The notes beneath the pieces were generated by a model. It was not told the DNA's origin and did no database searches. It saw only the letters and a program-made list of their open reading frames with translations. From the sequence record OR545507.1: 64,000 nucleotides of DNA; one strand, 5' to 3'. Below are positions 1-9,160 of this stretch, in pieces (the first letter of the stretch is position 1; every line of letters begins with the position of its first letter). The position numbers were made by a program, and so were the translations under genes.

Positions 1-464
1 AAAATATTTGGATCAGTATTGTATAAGCCAATTGCGACGCGATTTGAACCGAAAAAACCAGGCTTGTATTGACGACTGGTGTTAATTGTACGGCTCATGT
101 CATCAACTGATAATGCGTTAGCCAAATATGAATAATATAATCCCTCAACACTACCGTTTGTACCACTACGTAATAATACGAGTGTACCATCGTTTTCTAA
201 TAAAATTTTATTTCTACGTTGGGACTGGTTTTCAGATGCACCATTGAAATCACCAGATACACCAGCAGGAAGATAGTTTTGTGACCCATAATGGGAAATT
301 GGCATCATACTGACGATATCTAGTACTTCATCTCTTGAATAAGTATCTAGCTCCATATTGCCATTAGCATCAAATACTTGATCATTGATACCTTGTATTG
401 TTCTTTTACCATTAACTGTCACATTATGTGTGACATCCAAGCCACCATATATTTTCTTTGACAT
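1..464 (-). CDS. partial (C-terminus runs off the window) hypothetical, probably late/virion protein
   Basis: Manual translation MSKKIYGGLDVTHNVTVNGKRTIQG..., open to the window edge; preceded by a TATAAATA box; not in the ORF track. Confidence 0.7.
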   Translation of the reverse strand, partial: MSKKIYGGLDVTHNVTVNGKRTIQGINDQVFDANGNMELDTYSRDEVLDIVSMMPISHYGSQNYLPAGVSGDFNGASENQSQRRNKILLENDGTLVLLRSGTNGSVEGLYYSYLANALSVDDMSRTINTSRQYKPGFFGSNRVAIGLYNTDPNI

Positions 465-498
465 TATATATCCCTTATAAATTAGATATTAGTTAATG

Positions 499-506
499 TA
501 TTTATA
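499..506 (-). promoter_or_regulatory. T4-type late promoter TATAAATA
   Basis: Exact TATAAATA on the minus strand ~35 nt upstream of the ATG at 464, just after a terminator. Confidence 0.6.
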
Positions 507-513
507 TACATAA

Positions 514-537
514 CAAAAAAGCACCCAATGGGTGCTT
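514..537 (-). terminator. rho-independent terminator after nrdG
   Basis: AAGCACCC-ATT-GGGTGCTT followed by a T-run on the minus strand. Confidence 0.8.
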
Positions 538-540
538 ATG

Positions 541-1011
541 TTAAAAATCTTTATTTTTATATAGTATTCTTTGATTATTTGAACCACGGAAAGGTAATTT
601 TAAATTCTTTTCGGACTCGATAAACTTACCATCAACTAATACATCTAAGTACTGAAGTATATCTTTAGCATGATTTTTCATAATCTCATCTAAAGTATAC
701 CCACTCCAGCACCAAATAGTTTTACTAGGATAAGTTTCTTTAACTACTTTGCATAGATTTAAAACTTCATCTATATTCTTTTTCATTAATGGATCGCCGC
801 CTAGAAGTGACAAACCACTAACATATGGTTTTTTTAGTTCCTGTAGTATAATCTCAACTGTTTCAGTACTGAACTCTTGTCCACTTCGGTAGTCCCATGC
901 TTCTTCATTGAAGCAACCATCACATCCGTGCGAACACCCACTAACAAATAAAGAGCAGCGAACGCCCTCTCCATTTACTAAATCATCCTTGATTATCGTC
1001 TGGTAATTCAT
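541..1011 (-). CDS. nrdG: anaerobic ribonucleotide reductase activating protein (radical SAM)
   Basis: GCSHGCDGCFN CxxxCxxC motif, LSLLGGDP, RGSNNQR; next to nrdD. Confidence 0.95.
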   Translation of the reverse strand: MNYQTIIKDDLVNGEGVRCSLFVSGCSHGCDGCFNEEAWDYRSGQEFSTETVEIILQELKKPYVSGLSLLGGDPLMKKNIDEVLNLCKVVKETYPSKTIWCWSGYTLDEIMKNHAKDILQYLDVLVDGKFIESEKNLKLPFRGSNNQRILYKNKDF

Positions 1012-1315
1012 CTAATATTGCACTCACTATTTCGACAAGAACATCGCCGTGACATGATTTTGGTTTACAGAAACAACCAAGGCGTTTCCCTGCGAGTTCA
1101 AGTAATTCATCAATCTTAACTTCTCCACAAGAAATACGTTCAATAATGTATTCTCTGAATTTTTCAATTGATTCTTCTCTTGTACTAACAATGAATTCGG
1201 CTTTAGTTTGTTTATCTTTAATATGGGTAAATGGGTTTCCCCATTTAGACCCACGTCCAATATACACATCATACGGTTCTTTGTATTTGTTAACCACAAT
1301 TGGCTTTAAATCCAT
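983..1315 (-). CDS. DUF4326-like protein
   Basis: VYIGRGSKWGNPF and LGCFCKPKSCHGDVL motifs. Confidence 0.8.
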   Translation of the reverse strand: MDLKPIVVNKYKEPYDVYIGRGSKWGNPFTHIKDKQTKAEFIVSTREESIEKFREYIIERISCGEVKIDELLELAGKRLGCFCKPKSCHGDVLVEIVSAILDELPDDNQG

Positions 1316-1323
1316 AATTTACC

Positions 1324-3192
1324 TTATTTGTGCTGAATACGCTCACAACACTCTTGTTGTTTGCCTTTATTGAATCCACGCGAAGAAGGATTACCCAAGT
1401 AACCAGAAACACGACGAATCACTGAGATTGTCTTCTCATTACGATTATCACATACCGGACAGTGGAAACCATGTTTATCTACACTGAACTCACCCTGGAA
1501 GCCACATTCATAACAATGGTCAACTGGTTGGTTAATACCAAAATATGGTATCTTAGTGTACGCATAGTTAACTAATGTTTCAAGTGCTTGAATGTTGTTT
1601 GCTAAGTTTGGAGATTCAACATAACTGATGTTTCCACCGTTACTTAGGTAAGCAAACCCTTCTTCATAACTCCATTTATCAAATGGAGAACTTTCTACCC
1701 ATACTGGTTGATGGAAGGAATTTGTGATGTAATCACGTTTTAGTACTGAAGGATATTTTGCTTCAATGCAACGTGCAAATTTATAACAAAGCGACTCTGC
1801 TGGAGTTCCATATAGACTAAAAGCAATATTACTTTCTTTTTTGAACTCATCACATTTTACTTTCATATAATTCAGTACTGACATACAAAACTCCTTACTG
1901 ATAGAACCAGTGAGGATTTCTGAACATTCAACAAGACCAACATAACCAATACTAATACTAGCATAACCATTGTAAAATAGCTTGTCAATGGTTTCTTCTG
2001 CACCTAAACGTGCTAATGCACCTTCCATGAACAAAATTGGATTCTGCTTCGCTTTAGTGCCTTTTAAACGCTCCACACGGTTCATCTGAGCACGATATGC
2101 AATATTCATGTGCTCGTCTATCTTATCAAAAAACTCTCCATCAGAAGCACTCTCAAGAGCAATTAGAGGTAAATTGATAGAAACTACGCCTAAATTGAAA
2201 CGACCGTTGTATTGTTCATTTCCATTTGAATCTTCCCATTTTCCTAAGAATGAACGACAGCCCATCGGTGTTACAGCAGTACTACTACTTCCAGTCACTT
2301 TGTGATTTAATGGAACTGAAACAAAGTCTGGGTAGATTCGTTTTGATGCACAACGCATAGCTAACTGTTTAAGGTCATAATTACTATCATTGGTATTCAT
2401 GTTTATACCATCTTGTAAAAAGAAAATTACTTTAGGAAACACTGGAGTAATCTTATCTTTACCTAAACCATTCTCATGAACTTTTAAGTACTGTTCAGTG
2501 ATTAATTTACCAAATTTAGAAGTATTAAGCCCTAAACTAAGAGAAATGAATGCAGCTTGTCCATTAGTGCTAATCATTGAATTAGTCTGGTAAAGTAATG
2601 TTTGACATCCATCGTATACTTCTTTTCGTAATTCTTCTTCAATGAACTCATCACTTAGATTATATTTCTTTTGTTTTTCTAACAGCTTATCCCATGACTT
2701 TTGGACGTAAGGTTCAAGACCAACGTCAATATGAGCCAACGATTGTCCACCGTACTGGGAACTGGCAACAGCTTGGACAATTTGTGTCAGTACTGTGCAA
2801 GCTACACTGAAACTTTTTGGTTCTTCAATTTTAGCACAACCAATAGTGAAGCCGTTTTTAAGCATATCAGGATAGTTAACCAAGCAACAATTGGTCAATG
2901 GGCTAATATAGTAATCTAAATCATGAATATGACCATATCCATCATTATGCCATTGCATTAACTCGGTGGGAATAACATCTTGTGAATAATGCTTAGATAG
3001 AATACCTGCTAGTAAATCTCTATGTGTATTGACGCATTTTGCATCTTTATTAGCGTTTTCATTAGTAAGATCAGTATTACTCTGATTTAGGAAATTTGTT
3101 ACATCGGTATATAATTTATCTAATTGCATTGTACATTCCTTGTATTTTGAAATCATCTGGGGGTGAAGATATTTAATATCACCAGACAACAT
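1324..3192 (-). CDS. nrdD: class III (anaerobic) ribonucleoside-triphosphate reductase
   Basis: TPMGCRS, YGTPAESL, CxxC...CxxC zinc site, C-terminal RRVSGYLG glycyl-radical motif. Confidence 0.97.
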   Translation of the reverse strand: MLSGDIKYLHPQMISKYKECTMQLDKLYTDVTNFLNQSNTDLTNENANKDAKCVNTHRDLLAGILSKHYSQDVIPTELMQWHNDGYGHIHDLDYYISPLTNCCLVNYPDMLKNGFTIGCAKIEEPKSFSVACTVLTQIVQAVASSQYGGQSLAHIDVGLEPYVQKSWDKLLEKQKKYNLSDEFIEEELRKEVYDGCQTLLYQTNSMISTNGQAAFISLSLGLNTSKFGKLITEQYLKVHENGLGKDKITPVFPKVIFFLQDGINMNTNDSNYDLKQLAMRCASKRIYPDFVSVPLNHKVTGSSSTAVTPMGCRSFLGKWEDSNGNEQYNGRFNLGVVSINLPLIALESASDGEFFDKIDEHMNIAYRAQMNRVERLKGTKAKQNPILFMEGALARLGAEETIDKLFYNGYASISIGYVGLVECSEILTGSISKEFCMSVLNYMKVKCDEFKKESNIAFSLYGTPAESLCYKFARCIEAKYPSVLKRDYITNSFHQPVWVESSPFDKWSYEEGFAYLSNGGNISYVESPNLANNIQALETLVNYAYTKIPYFGINQPVDHCYECGFQGEFSVDKHGFHCPVCDNRNEKTISVIRRVSGYLGNPSSRGFNKGKQQECCERIQHK

Positions 3193-3267
3193 TATAGCGT
3201 CAGAACAGGTTATTTCTCTTGACCTATATCAAGGAAAAGTCACATTGCTTTTTATTTGCACAAATAG

Positions 3268-3291
3268 AAAAAGCACCACAAGGGTGCTTTT
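3268..3291 (-). terminator. rho-independent terminator
   Basis: AAAAGCACC-n5-GGTGCTTTT inverted repeat with T-run. Confidence 0.7.
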
Positions 3292-3406
3292 AAAGTACTG
3301 CTAATATAACAACTGCCCAAATTAGCAGTAATACATTGGTTGGTGCGGAAAAAAGCATATATGCAGCAAGTGCACTGCAACCTATGACAAGTTTAGCTAG
3401 TCTCAT
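3290..3406 (-). CDS. small membrane protein (38 aa)
   Basis: Manual translation MRLAKLVIGCSALAAYMLFSAPTNVLLLIWAVVILAVL; fills a gap in the operon. Confidence 0.5.
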   Translation of the reverse strand: MRLAKLVIGCSALAAYMLFSAPTNVLLLIWAVVILAVL

Positions 3407-3629
3407 CTGGACTCCATGTAATAGTTACTGTGAACGTCCCTTCTTGAAAACCAAACTCATCTTGTGGGATTTGTTCAGCTAATGGGTTAAATCTTGAATC
3501 GAAGGCTTCATGCACATCTCTCTGAATATCATAGAGACTTTCACCATCGTATTCTTTTTTAAAGATTTCATTCTGCATTGATACGTAACGACCCTCGTAT
3601 TCTGTCTGGATAGCCATCAAATAGTTCAA
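3393..3629 (-). CDS. hypothetical protein
   Basis: ORF track; operon context. Confidence 0.6.
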   Translation of the reverse strand: MNYLMAIQTEYEGRYVSMQNEIFKKEYDGESLYDIQRDVHEAFDSRFNPLAEQIPQDEFGFQEGTFTVTITWSPDETS

Positions 3630-3978
3630 TAAGTTGGTTTAACGCATAAGAACTGAAGAATGGATTATTCTTTGCAATTTCTATTCGTTTTTCAATATCC
3701 ATTAATATAATCTCTGGTCTACTGAAATTACCTTTACGTCTATATGTTAGTAAACGCTCTTTGTGTCCGTTGAACTGAAATTCAAAATATGTTGATGATG
3801 TATAATCACTTCCATCAGGAATCGGAATTGAGAAATCAACATTGTACTTATAACCAAATGCAAAAAAATAACCACCATCTTCGAACGGTATAGTTGTATC
3901 ATTTAGGTGGAAATCTATTTCATCTCCTAATATATCAAATATCTTGGTACTTAGAGACATAAAATCATCGGCTAACAT
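3568..3978 (-). CDS. hypothetical protein
   Basis: ORF track; operon context. Confidence 0.6.
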   Translation of the reverse strand: MLADDFMSLSTKIFDILGDEIDFHLNDTTIPFEDGGYFFAFGYKYNVDFSIPIPDGSDYTSSTYFEFQFNGHKERLLTYRRKGNFSRPEIILMDIEKRIEIAKNNPFFSSYALNQLIELFDGYPDRIRGSLRINAE

Positions 3979-3988
3979 TTTTTTTACC

Positions 3989-4207
3989 TTATTTTATAAC
4001 TCGACAGTAGTACTGAATAATGTAAGGAAATAATGGATTATTCACGTATGTAGCGAAATTAGCTATTGTAACTTTTTTATAGTACGAATTATGAATTGTT
4101 ATAAGAGTGTGGGGATCTATTGATTCTCTATTAGAGAGTTCAACATAACGCCCACACTTCATATAAGCCTTACCATAATAATCGTAAATTATGTCATATT
4201 TTTCCAT
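3989..4207 (-). CDS. hypothetical protein
   Basis: ORF track; abuts the next gene. Confidence 0.55.
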   Translation of the reverse strand: MEKYDIIYDYYGKAYMKCGRYVELSNRESIDPHTLITIHNSYYKKVTIANFATYVNNPLFPYIIQYYCRVIK

Positions 4208-4567
4208 TTATTCTGGATCTTTGTTTTTATCAACTGTGTTGTTTTTATTTAAATCAATTTGTAAAGCCATTGCAGCTTCAGCATTTTCTTCATGTGTGCC
4301 ATTGAATTTATACCCATTCTTAATGAGATTCACTGTGTAGTACTTATTGTAAAGAAATGCCCACACGACCATTGCAATTGTACCCACAATCCAAAATGAC
4401 ACTGCGTTGAGGATGAAGTAAATTACAAATGCACCGATGAACGTAATAAAGTCACCACGAAACAATGCAGGGAATGGTCCAAAGAATAGTGTTGTCCATG
4501 AGAATCCAAAGAAACCATCTTTGCGTTGTCCTACATTTTCATTTTTTAAAGAAATAGTTTTAGCCAT
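4208..4567 (-). CDS. membrane protein, DUF2628/HrgC-like
   Basis: GFSWTTLFFGPFPALFRGD motif, two hydrophobic segments, GGAG RBS. Confidence 0.7.
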   Translation of the reverse strand: MAKTISLKNENVGQRKDGFFGFSWTTLFFGPFPALFRGDFITFIGAFVIYFILNAVSFWIVGTIAMVVWAFLYNKYYTVNLIKNGYKFNGTHEENAEAAMALQIDLNKNNTVDKNKDPE

Positions 4568-4576
4568 TTTAATCTC

Positions 4577-4801
4577 CTACTTATTATTTGGGTTTGGTAT
4601 ACAGTACACATATACTAGATTACTAAAGTGTTCAGTACTGGAATATTTTGCTAACTCAGTAATGTGAAAGTTCTTGTCATAAAACCTTCCACTATTGAAT
4701 GTTGTTATTTGGCAACAATGTATAGGTCTGAAAATATAATAATAAAATATATCATTTTCAACTACAACAGTATGGTTTGTATAACGCTCGATTTTCTTCA
4801 T
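4577..4801 (-). CDS. hypothetical protein
   Basis: ORF track; ATGA overlap with the upstream gene. Confidence 0.5.
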   Translation of the reverse strand: MKKIERYTNHTVVVENDIFYYYIFRPIHCCQITTFNSGRFYDKNFHITELAKYSSTEHFSNLVYVYCIPNPNNK

Positions 4802-5166
4802 GTGTGGATAATTTCCTTAACCCCGTATTCCATAATTGCTAATGTGCAAATTTCACATGGTTTGGCAGGTACAGGAATTCCATCTTTACTTATCCGTGCA
4901 ATCAGTAAAGTATGAACATCAGCACGAGCAGCCAGTAAACATGAAATTTCAGCATGAAGAAACTCACCTTGCGGTCGCCCAGCACGAATGGCGAAACCCT
5001 TCTGTACTGGGTGAGTCTGTGTATAAGAATTTGTGCGAGTTGCCAGTACTCGACCTTTTTTATCCAGTGCACGAGCAATCACACGATACCGCTTGTAGTT
5101 CCCTACTTGCTCAATAGGTGGCATCCGGCGTAATTCTTCAACAAGTTTCTCCAATTTACTATTCAT
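4798..5166 (-). CDS. cytidine/dCMP deaminase-like zinc protein
   Basis: LHAE ... KPCEIC zinc-binding motifs. Confidence 0.8.
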   Translation of the reverse strand: MNSKLEKLVEELRRMPPIEQVGNYKRYRVIARALDKKGRVLATRTNSYTQTHPVQKGFAIRAGRPQGEFLHAEISCLLAARADVHTLLIARISKDGIPVPAKPCEICTLAIMEYGVKEIIHT

Positions 5167-5777
5167 AAGTCTAAGTCTATACCCTTTTCAAGTGATTTTT
5201 CTAGAACCCAAAGTTTACATTCTTCACTCTCCAAATGTATCTTTGCCTCTTGCTGTTCTCCTATTGTACAAGACTTTATGAATGCACGCAAGGCTTGGAT
5301 TGTATTTTTTAAATTTTTTATGTCATCGATGATTTTTTCTTTGGTTTCTTCATCGATTACACATGAACTCCAACTGTGTCGTTCCTCCCAAACTGTTTTA
5401 GCGGGATTATATATTGATTGTGATGCATTGAATGAATGTATTTTATGAAATTTATCATCTGCTTCCTGTTGGGTATAATCCCCATATGTGTTCAGAACAT
5501 TTTTGTATAATTCATCAATGGCCTCTTCATACGTATCACCACCACAATCCAATTGATAATCATGTGCTTGTACCCATTCGTCGTCTTGCTCAATATACAT
5601 TGGTGAAAGAAATTCTACCCAAAATTGAGTCTTTGTATTCAATGCTTTGAAATCTTCAATTCGATTTGTCATTGGACACACATCATGAGGTTCAATATCA
5701 ATCCTAGCTGGAACCATATCTTTGTTTATGAATTTAGGATGACCCAAAATCCACCAGTACTTTTCCGATGTAGTCAT
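5163..5777 (-). CDS. hypothetical protein
   Basis: ORF track; start moved to ATG 5777 behind a GGAG RBS. Confidence 0.65.
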   Translation of the reverse strand: MTTSEKYWWILGHPKFINKDMVPARIDIEPHDVCPMTNRIEDFKALNTKTQFWVEFLSPMYIEQDDEWVQAHDYQLDCGGDTYEEAIDELYKNVLNTYGDYTQQEADDKFHKIHSFNASQSIYNPAKTVWEERHSWSSCVIDEETKEKIIDDIKNLKNTIQALRAFIKSCTIGEQQEAKIHLESEECKLWVLEKSLEKGIDLDL

Positions 5778-5823
5778 AGTAATCTCCAATTAAAAAGTAC
5801 TGCACACGATGGCAGTACTGATG

Positions 5824-6183
5824 TTAAACGTAACGTTTCTTTTTATAATCATACCCTACTGCTTTGTAAAAGTCAAACAAAGAAGCATGTTCAAATGTAG
5901 GTAATAGATCATATGGGTGCTGATAGTTCGCAATACCAACAATAGCCATCATTGATTCAGCAGTTCTTACGTTATCACTATCCCATTCATCTAAACGCCA
6001 AAGTGAGCAAAGTACCTCTCGTTCATGTTGCTTACCCAGAAAGAATCCAGCTTCACGGTCACGAAATGCACCTACACTGACAGTACTTTTGTACCAGTCT
6101 TTTTCACCATATAATGGCATACGGATAATATGTTTTTCTTTAGCTTCTCCAAAGCGATGAAGAAATGCTACATAATCACTCAT
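5824..6183 (-). CDS. hypothetical protein
   Basis: ORF track. Confidence 0.65.
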   Translation of the reverse strand: MSDYVAFLHRFGEAKEKHIIRMPLYGEKDWYKSTVSVGAFRDREAGFFLGKQHEREVLCSLWRLDEWDSDNVRTAESMMAIVGIANYQHPYDLLPTFEHASLFDFYKAVGYDYKKKRYV

Positions 6184-6350
6184 AATTTATAACCCATTAC
6201 AGGTTTGGTATGATCCGGTTCGTAAGACTTTTCAGTACTGAACCCTCTGAAATTTCCACGTCCTGGATTTGGACAAGCCATCCCTTGTATTGAATGCTTA
6301 CCCTTATCTTTGCCACAATTTTTACATTTGTAGCCAATTACTTCTTTCAT
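6180..6350 (-). CDS. small Cys-containing protein (56 aa)
   Basis: Manual translation MKEVIGYKCKNCGKDKGKH...; ATGA overlaps at both ends. Confidence 0.65.
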   Translation of the reverse strand: MKEVIGYKCKNCGKDKGKHSIQGMACPNPGRGNFRGFSTEKSYEPDHTKPVMGYKL

Positions 6351-6595
6351 TGTGCATCCTTCGGAACAGTATTAAGACGTTTGCGATTCACAATCTTCCT
6401 GCACATGAGGTTAAGATCTTGCCCATGACGCATAGTATGACATGCGTATAGTGTTCCTTGATGATTTAGTTTTGTTAAACCTTGACGGATGATTTCAGCA
6501 TCCATCTCATCAACTTTAGGAGCACAACCACAGAGAATAATGGATACAAATATTGTTAATGTAATGAATATATTTTTCATGATATTTTTTCTCAT
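6347..6595 (-). CDS. putative lipoprotein
   Basis: Hydrophobic N-terminus ending in a lipobox-like LCGC. Confidence 0.55.
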   Translation of the reverse strand: MRKNIMKNIFITLTIFVSIILCGCAPKVDEMDAEIIRQGLTKLNHQGTLYACHTMRHGQDLNLMCRKIVNRKRLNTVPKDAQ

Positions 6596-6972
6596 TTAGT
6601 AAAACACGAATTATTACTGATAAGTTCATCAAGTACTTTTTGTACTTCGATAGAATTAATATCAACTTTGTAATAATTATAGTTTTTAACTCTAAAATGT
6701 TCTTTTGATATATCAACTTTAAATTCAATAATATCAAGATTACCAATAAAATCAGACTTATCAGTTCTTAAATCCAAAATACCTAATTCCGGTTTTTGTG
6801 GTTTACATAAAATCAAACCAAATTTATTTTCTTCAAATGCCTGATTAAACATATCATAATAATCACTAATAACAAATCTAATATTATCAGTGCTTAACTT
6901 TCCTGATTTTCCTTTTTTATAAACAGAAACAATGTTTAGTTCAAAGGTTTTACCAAAGCGTGTGATTTTCAT
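6592..6972 (-). CDS. hypothetical protein
   Basis: ORF track; ATGA overlaps. Confidence 0.6.
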   Translation of the reverse strand: MKITRFGKTFELNIVSVYKKGKSGKLSTDNIRFVISDYYDMFNQAFEENKFGLILCKPQKPELGILDLRTDKSDFIGNLDIIEFKVDISKEHFRVKNYNYYKVDINSIEVQKVLDELISNNSCFTK

Positions 6973-7940
6973 TTTGGGCTATAACCACTTTTAATTTTAG
7001 AAATTACTTTCTTCTCGAAGAACTTACGTGCTTCTTCAATAGTTTCGAATTCTTCACCATCTGTAGTACTGGTTTTACCAATAGCACCGTACTCAATAAT
7101 TACTTCACACACTGGAGCATTCAATTCAATATTATAGAATTTGTTTGAAGAACCGTGAACATATTCCAAATGTACATTATCAGGAATGTTCTGTACATAA
7201 TCATAGTTCTTGAAGATAATATCAATCATATTTTCTTCGCCGCGATCAGGAAATAGTTCAGTATTATTCAGTACTAAACGCTGTGCAGCACGGAACATAT
7301 CAAAATATTGTTCGCCTTTTTTCAGTTCTTTTGTATCAGAACAGAAATGACCATAGTATTCTACATAATCATTCCAAGGATAAATTCCTTCATCAGCAGT
7401 TTCAGACACGTAAGTTTCATCTTGTGGAACTTTAAAACCACGAGTTTTTGGATGAGAAATTAAGCACAGTGAAATATTATGACCGATATCTGAATCATCA
7501 GTAATACTACCACCAACCATATGAACAACATTTTTAATACTTTCAAAATCTACATCTTCAATTTCATGATACATTAAATGTTCTTCAATATTACTTACTA
7601 GTAATGAATTACCATTTCCGGCATCGAATTCAAAAATGAAAAGTTCTACACAATCTTCTTCTTTCATTTCAATAGTATCACTGAGTTTAATATACTCATT
7701 TTTTAATTGTTCAATATTTTCATGAGAACCAAAACTATAACGTGAACTGATATAACTACTACCGTCCAACCATCCCATATCCCAAGGTTCTTCTGACATG
7801 TATTCTGAGCTATAGAAATCAGTCAAATCATCTCTCTGAGTACAAACCGTAAGAGAACGAACATTACTAAGACCTTGAACTTCAAGATTCAGTACTGTAG
7901 TATTGCCAATTTTTTGTTCAGAAATAATTTTAGTTTTCAT
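6969..7940 (-). CDS. protein with C-terminal WGR-like domain
   Basis: SNKFYNIEL...IEYGAIG...EEARKFFEKKVISKIKSGY fits the WGR pattern. Confidence 0.7.
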   Translation of the reverse strand: MKTKIISEQKIGNTTVLNLEVQGLSNVRSLTVCTQRDDLTDFYSSEYMSEEPWDMGWLDGSSYISSRYSFGSHENIEQLKNEYIKLSDTIEMKEEDCVELFIFEFDAGNGNSLLVSNIEEHLMYHEIEDVDFESIKNVVHMVGGSITDDSDIGHNISLCLISHPKTRGFKVPQDETYVSETADEGIYPWNDYVEYYGHFCSDTKELKKGEQYFDMFRAAQRLVLNNTELFPDRGEENMIDIIFKNYDYVQNIPDNVHLEYVHGSSNKFYNIELNAPVCEVIIEYGAIGKTSTTDGEEFETIEEARKFFEKKVISKIKSGYSPK

Positions 7941-7949
7941 TTAAAATAC

Positions 7950-8140
7950 CTATTGAATTGATTTACGCCATTTGGCTAGTTTAACATTCATGTAAGTAAC
8001 TCACGTTCCATCTCTTCTGAACTCATATTATCGCATTACAAAGCGAACATGTCAAGTGCACAAATGCAAAGATCTACAGCTTCACCTTTGACACCATCTT
8101 TACCTGCTTCTTTATATGATAACCCATCACGGATGTTCAT
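7950..8140 (-). pseudogene. disrupted MazG-like nucleotide pyrophosphohydrolase fragment
   Basis: MNIRDGLSYKEAGKDGVKGEAVDLCICALDMFAL*CDNMSSEEMERELLT then a frameshift to MNVKLAKWRKSIQ*. Confidence 0.6.
8027..8055 (-). promoter_or_regulatory. sigma70-like promoter
   Basis: TTGACA-17 bp-GATAAT. Confidence 0.55.
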
Positions 8141-8153
8141 ATTTCATATCATC

Positions 8154-8804
8154 CTACTTTTTCGATTGGAACAATGCAATCTGTACGCGTGTAATGAACT
8201 CACGCTCTACTTCTTCAGCACTGTGTCCTTCATATTGTGTCTTGAAAAGTTCCATTGCTTTTAGTGCCATCTGTACAGAAATGTCTGTAATACTTTCAGT
8301 ACTGGTACTTTCAAATACATTTTTGAGGCTTAGTTCATCATCACTAACATCATCAACTTCAACTGGGTTGTTGTTTTGTTCATCAATGTAACGTAAAGCT
8401 TTGTACTCTGCTTTTGTTAGATTTTCATACCAACGTGGGTGGTGGAACAAATCATGCATTGTAACTTTTGCTGCTTCCATGAGAAGTAATAGCTCTTCAT
8501 TTCTGCGAATATGTTTTTCTTCACCTTTATGATTTTTGTAAGTATATGCACAACGCATAATGGCTAATCGAACTTCACCTGCTTTGGTGATAGTGTATGA
8601 ATGTATTGCATTATCATAATCACTTTCCCATTTCTGACCAGCATATTCGTACCAAAGTTCATTAGTTTCCCATTTAATGAAATCAAATTCTAACAAACTG
8701 TCAATCAACTTAGCCAAATTACCACTGTACTCACGGCTAATGATATTGAAACCACCATTGTACTTTGCAAGGTACAGAATCTTTTCTTGAGTTACATTTT
8801 TCAT
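8154..8804 (-). CDS. hypothetical protein
   Basis: ORF track. Confidence 0.7.
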   Translation of the reverse strand: MKNVTQEKILYLAKYNGGFNIISREYSGNLAKLIDSLLEFDFIKWETNELWYEYAGQKWESDYDNAIHSYTITKAGEVRLAIMRCAYTYKNHKGEEKHIRRNEELLLLMEAAKVTMHDLFHHPRWYENLTKAEYKALRYIDEQNNNPVEVDDVSDDELSLKNVFESTSTESITDISVQMALKAMELFKTQYEGHSAEEVEREFITRVQIALFQSKK

Positions 8805-9142
8805 TACATGTAATCCTTGATGTATTTTAGCAGTTTAGATTTCTCTTCGGTACTTAATGATTTCTTGTTCATTAAGTGTTTCATTTCTTGACGTTCAATT
8901 TCTTCACATCTTTTAGATTCAGCTTCAATTCGTGTATTATATTCTTCGTCAGTTTCTTCTCTGGTCCAAATTACATTGTATCCATGAAAACCGCCGTAAC
9001 CACTGTCTGGTGAAAGACTAATGTGACCGTTATATTCAGCACGATACTTATTAAGAGTGTCAATAAAGGTATCAATGCCACACGGTTCAATTTCAATATA
9101 ACCAATCACTACAGTAACGTCAATTTTGTTCATAAAGTTCAC
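8804..9142 (-). CDS. hypothetical protein
   Basis: ORF track; TAATG stop/start overlap. Confidence 0.65.
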   Translation of the reverse strand: MNFMNKIDVTVVIGYIEIEPCGIDTFIDTLNKYRAEYNGHISLSPDSGYGGFHGYNVIWTREETDEEYNTRIEAESKRCEEIERQEMKHLMNKKSLSTEEKSKLLKYIKDYM

Positions 9143-9160
9143 CTATAAAATTAGGGAGCA

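Noticed and set aside
1324-3192. Intron or intein in nrdD, ligase or other core genes
   Set aside because: The ORFs are continuous and of normal length, with no splicing motifs.
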